Source of the DNA: Salibacteraceae bacterium
Lineage (GTDB): Bacteria; Bacteroidota; Bacteroidia; Flavobacteriales_G; Salibacteraceae
Assembly (NCBI GenBank): GCA_049599135.1
Contig: JBMYOI010000013.1
Span: forward strand, 1 to 47,510
Direction of reading: 5' to 3'
Length of the DNA stretch: 47,510 nt
A program made the position numbers and the translations under genes. Below, piece after piece: positions 44,508-47,510 of the stretch; positions within the stretch are counted from its first letter, which is position 1; each line of letters begins with the position of its first letter. The notes beneath the pieces were generated by a model, which made no database searches, was not told the DNA's origin, and worked only from the letters and a program-made list of their open reading frames with translations.

Positions 44508-45707
44508 TTATTGCTGAATTACAATTCTTTCTTTATGGTTCTCTCCATTTTCAGTAATCAATTGCAATACATAAATCCCAGAGGGAAGATTTGATACATC
44601 AAATTGATTTGACGAATAATTAATTTTCTCAGAAAGTACAACTTCACCTATTGAATTAACTAAACTTATTTGAGAGTAGCCCGCTAGGTTTTCAATATTT
44701 AAAACATTACTAGCCGGGTTTGGGTATACGGATACCTTATCATTATTATTCTCAGCAATGCCTGTTGGTTTAATAACTGGTTTTGGCTTTATATAAGTAA
44801 TGTGAAAATCCATATCGAAATGATAAATCCCTGATGCTGAAGCCCATGAAGTTCCAGGCTGATACCTTCCGTTCCATCCGTTTGTATTTTCATTGTAACG
44901 TACGCTTTGTGTAACAGATAACCCGTTGTTGAATTCATCGGGGTGTACATAGGGAACTTCATCTCTAAACTCATAAACCAGAAAAGCATTGACTTTATTT
45001 GTGACATTTACAGGGTTGTAAGCATCAATTGTATCCCCTAAATTAGCAGGAATTCCTGGGAAATAAGTTACTGTGGCAGCAACAAGACCAGTATCTAAAC
45101 TTAAACCCACCGGAAACTTTAAAAGCTTTGAACTACCAAACAAAGCGGTATCCTTATTTTCCAATAAATACCTAATTTCTTTTATTGGCGTCTCCCCTTT
45201 TCGTTTTAAATAATCGTAGCCCACATTAGCATATGAAGCTCCACTTTGCCATGTAGTAGTACGGTTTCTTACAAGCGATTTATCATAAATCTGCACAACC
45301 AGCGTATCAGGAATACTATCGTTCCATCTAAAGTATCGATAACGAACTCCAACTGAATCTAAACTATAAAGTGTGGTGTCTTTTACCGAAATACCTTCCG
45401 TGGCAAACCAAACAGATTTTGGATCTAAAACCTGACCAAAAGAATGTTTCCAAACATTACTATACCCACTAGAGAATTCTAATACCACAGTACTATCAGG
45501 GTATAAATAATTTCTAAAATAGCTTCTGTCTCCCTGAAGATCATAAATTATTCTTCCATAATTAAGCCAAGCAGACAGTGTATCAGAATCGGCTCGACTA
45601 GAATAAGAATGATTAATAAGGTTAGGAGAATAGTTACTCTCAATGGTTTCTTGTGCTTGAATAGTTACAATTAACATTAAAGCTATAAGTGTAGATACTA
45701 GTTTCAT
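44508..45707 (-). CDS. T9SS cargo protein with unknown N-terminal domain and Por_Secre_tail C-terminal domain
   Basis: Internal Met gives signal MKLVSTLIALMLIVTIQAQ. The C-terminal …VYPNPASNVLNIENL…GIYVLQLITENG…IVIQQ is a T9SS sorting domain. Confidence 0.7.
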   Translation of the reverse strand: MKLVSTLIALMLIVTIQAQETIESNYSPNLINHSYSSRADSDTLSAWLNYGRIIYDLQGDRSYFRNYLYPDSTVVLEFSSGYSNVWKHSFGQVLDPKSVWFATEGISVKDTTLYSLDSVGVRYRYFRWNDSIPDTLVVQIYDKSLVRNRTTTWQSGASYANVGYDYLKRKGETPIKEIRYLLENKDTALFGSSKLLKFPVGLSLDTGLVAATVTYFPGIPANLGDTIDAYNPVNVTNKVNAFLVYEFRDEVPYVHPDEFNNGLSVTQSVRYNENTNGWNGRYQPGTSWASASGIYHFDMDFHITYIKPKPVIKPTGIAENNNDKVSVYPNPASNVLNIENLAGYSQISLVNSIGEVVLSEKINYSSNQFDVSNLPSGIYVLQLITENGENHKERIVIQQ

Positions 45708-45844
45708 AATTAGAATTTGTTCGAAAATAAAAAGAAGGTTCTTAAAAAGTGGATTTACGTTATAAAATAATTGATGACAGGATATTATTATCGCTAACAA
45801 TAGCCCAACGCAACAAATTCATGTAACGTTCGTATTATTAAGGG

Positions 45845-46411
45845 TTGATTAAAACTGAAATGATGTTAAAGGGGATTAAACGAAAAAAGATTGAAAAGCT
45901 TTTCGAAGTTTACGACGCCAACGGTAACGGACATTTAGATATGAATGATGCGGTAGTTTTAACCGATCGATTTAGTTTGGAATTTGGCTGGCCCAAAGGT
46001 GGGTACGCGGACAGTAAATTCAAAGCTGCCTTTTTTAAAATTTGGACTCGTATGTTTCGCGAAGCGGATGTTAACCACGACAGAATGGTGAGCAAGCAAG
46101 AATTCCTTAATTATTTCGAACGAGCTACAGAAGACGATGCGCATTTCTATGTTCACATCAAACCTATACTGGATGAATTGTTTCCTGTACTAGACTCGAA
46201 CAATGACGGCCTTTTAACCAAAACGGACTACAAAGCTTTTTATAGAGCTTGTAATAATACTGATGATGACGCAGAATTTGCGTTTTCAAGCATGGACATT
46301 AATAAAGATGGAGTTATTTCTCACTTTGAGTTTTATAACATGATGTATCACTTTTATATGTCGGGCAACCCAAAACACAACAGCAGAAACTTTTTTGGAC
46401 GAATTAAATAG
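45845..46411 (+). CDS. Four-EF-hand calcium-binding protein (calerythrin/calmodulin-like)
   Basis: Four canonical 12-residue loops: DANGNGHLDMND, DVNHDRMVSKQE, DSNNDGLLTKTD, DINKDGVISHFE. Confidence 0.8.
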   Translation: MIKTEMMLKGIKRKKIEKLFEVYDANGNGHLDMNDAVVLTDRFSLEFGWPKGGYADSKFKAAFFKIWTRMFREADVNHDRMVSKQEFLNYFERATEDDAHFYVHIKPILDELFPVLDSNNDGLLTKTDYKAFYRACNNTDDDAEFAFSSMDINKDGVISHFEFYNMMYHFYMSGNPKHNSRNFFGRIK

Positions 46412-47201
46412 GTTTTTGTACTTCTAAACGATACACCATAGGGATATTATTTCCCATTTTTTCTATTCTAAATTTTCCTGGAGAAAACTCTATGGTTCCT
46501 TTAAAGCAGTTGTATGGTGAATAATCAAACTCACTCAAATCTGAAATTAGCAGTCCTTGATTTCTCAAAGCAGTAACCACTTCCCCTATCCCATGATTCC
46601 AAGAAACGTAGTTTTCATTTAGCTCTGCTTCTGGATTTGTATATGTCCCCTCCTCTGTTTCTTCAATAGCTTTATCGTTGAAATAACGGTATTTCACTTC
46701 ATTAAAGTCATCGTCAAACATCCATACTACGGGATGAAAATCGGCAAATACAAGTTTACCTCCTGGTTTTAAAAAATGATTTACAACTGCCGCCCAACGA
46801 TCAATATCGGGTAACCATGCAATGGTTCCGTAAGTTGTAAAAACCACATCAAACTTTTCATTCAATCGATTTGACAAATCATAAACATCACTCTCTAAAA
46901 ACCGTGTACTTACACCACAAGTGATTGCTAATTCCTTTGCTTTTAAAATTGCCTGGTCAGAAAGGTCGATACCAATAGCATCTGCTCCCATTCTACTTAG
47001 GGATATAGTATCCTGCCCAAAATGACATTGAAGGTGCAATACCGACTTCCCCTTAATTTCAGAAAGCAATGGCAATTCAATATCATTCAAAGAATTCCGT
47101 CCTTCAATAAATGTTTTGTTGTCATAAAACTCAGACTCAAAATGAACATCCGTTCGTTTGTTCCAAGATTCTTTATTGATTTCTAAATATTTATCTGACA
47201 T
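46404..47201 (-). CDS. Class I SAM-dependent methyltransferase
   Basis: 265 aa. Motif I-like VLHLQCHFGQDTISLSRMGA…GIDLS. Post-I acidic residue. Typical Methyltransf_11/12-type layout. Confidence 0.75.
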   Translation of the reverse strand: MSDKYLEINKESWNKRTDVHFESEFYDNKTFIEGRNSLNDIELPLLSEIKGKSVLHLQCHFGQDTISLSRMGADAIGIDLSDQAILKAKELAITCGVSTRFLESDVYDLSNRLNEKFDVVFTTYGTIAWLPDIDRWAAVVNHFLKPGGKLVFADFHPVVWMFDDDFNEVKYRYFNDKAIEETEEGTYTNPEAELNENYVSWNHGIGEVVTALRNQGLLISDLSEFDYSPYNCFKGTIEFSPGKFRIEKMGNNIPMVYRLEVQKPI

Positions 47202-47510
47202 AAAAACTTCATTTTAGACTTCGAATTTAGGGTATTCGTTGGAAGTAAATATTGAAAGAATTATATTAGTAAAACAATTTTTTGTGAGGAGACAGCGCGA
47301 AGCAAGCTCATTAAATTTAGAACGTTTGCTTCTTTTCAATCGCAAATACATTTAGAATTTGAGGTTGATAAATAAAAAGAAATTAAAACTGAATCATTTC
47401 GCTTCTAAAAATTGAATTATAGTCTTATTAAAAAAGGAATAAATTTGAGAATTACTTGGACAAGTAAATAGTAAAACCACAATAATCTATACTCATGTGG
47501 CCAAAACCAA

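Noticed and set aside
47202-47510. 3'-terminal 300-bp non-coding stretch with three aatttagaa direct repeats and a weak gaagcaa…ttgcttc hairpin
   Set aside because: The repeats are short and AT-rich and so expected in this base composition. The hairpin is 7 bp with a 20-nt loop. This is likely ordinary promoter DNA for the divergent gene that begins at the window edge (…atgtggccaaaacc).
1-47510. CRISPR arrays, IS elements, integrases, rRNA/tRNA genes
   Set aside because: No regularly spaced direct repeats, no transposase or integrase-like ORFs and no RNA-gene signatures were seen in any intergenic gap. The window looks like core chromosome with a few small accessory insertions.

Overview
This 47.5-kb window appears to be chromosomal DNA from a Bacteroidota (Flavobacteriia- or Cytophagia-like) genome. 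It is AT-rich and carries Bacteroidota hallmarks: two cargo proteins of the type IX secretion system (T9SS, with Por C-terminal sorting domains), a GWxTD-domain protein, SusD-less outer-membrane beta-barrels and a sensor histidine kinase with tetratricopeptide (TPR) repeats. I found no rRNA, tRNA, CRISPR, integrase or transposase. About 48 protein-coding genes are supportable. Housekeeping genes include dnaB, purE, hisS, hutH, rlmB, rlmF, a DbpA-like DEAD-box helicase, a DTW-domain (TapT-like) enzyme, Fe/Mn superoxide dismutase, a gpmA-like phosphatase and a flotillin/NfeD operon. The accessory-looking parts are: (1) a three-gene operon of two paralogous lipoproteins plus a di-heme MauG/MbnH-family cytochrome c peroxidase, which is my best candidate for an undescribed periplasmic Trp-modification or metal-handling system; (2) a persulfide-dioxygenase/rhodanese sulfur-detox cluster with a membrane rhodanese and an outer-membrane barrel; (3) a convergent beta-class N6-adenine DNA methyltransferase paired with an unassignable 196-aa protein, a candidate type II restriction-modification system; (4) a highly structured ~200-bp nested inverted-repeat element flanked by A-runs in a convergent intergenic region; (5) a SOUL heme-binding gene broken by a 1-nt indel in an A-run; (6) RlmF fused to a histone-H1-like Lys/Ala tail; (7) tandem small HAD-like paralogs, one of which has lost a catalytic motif. 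One caution applies throughout: my base-level reading of at least one sequence row disagreed by one position with the supplied ORF track, so fine coordinates of hairpins and repeats may be off by 1-2 nt. I treated the ORF track as authoritative.
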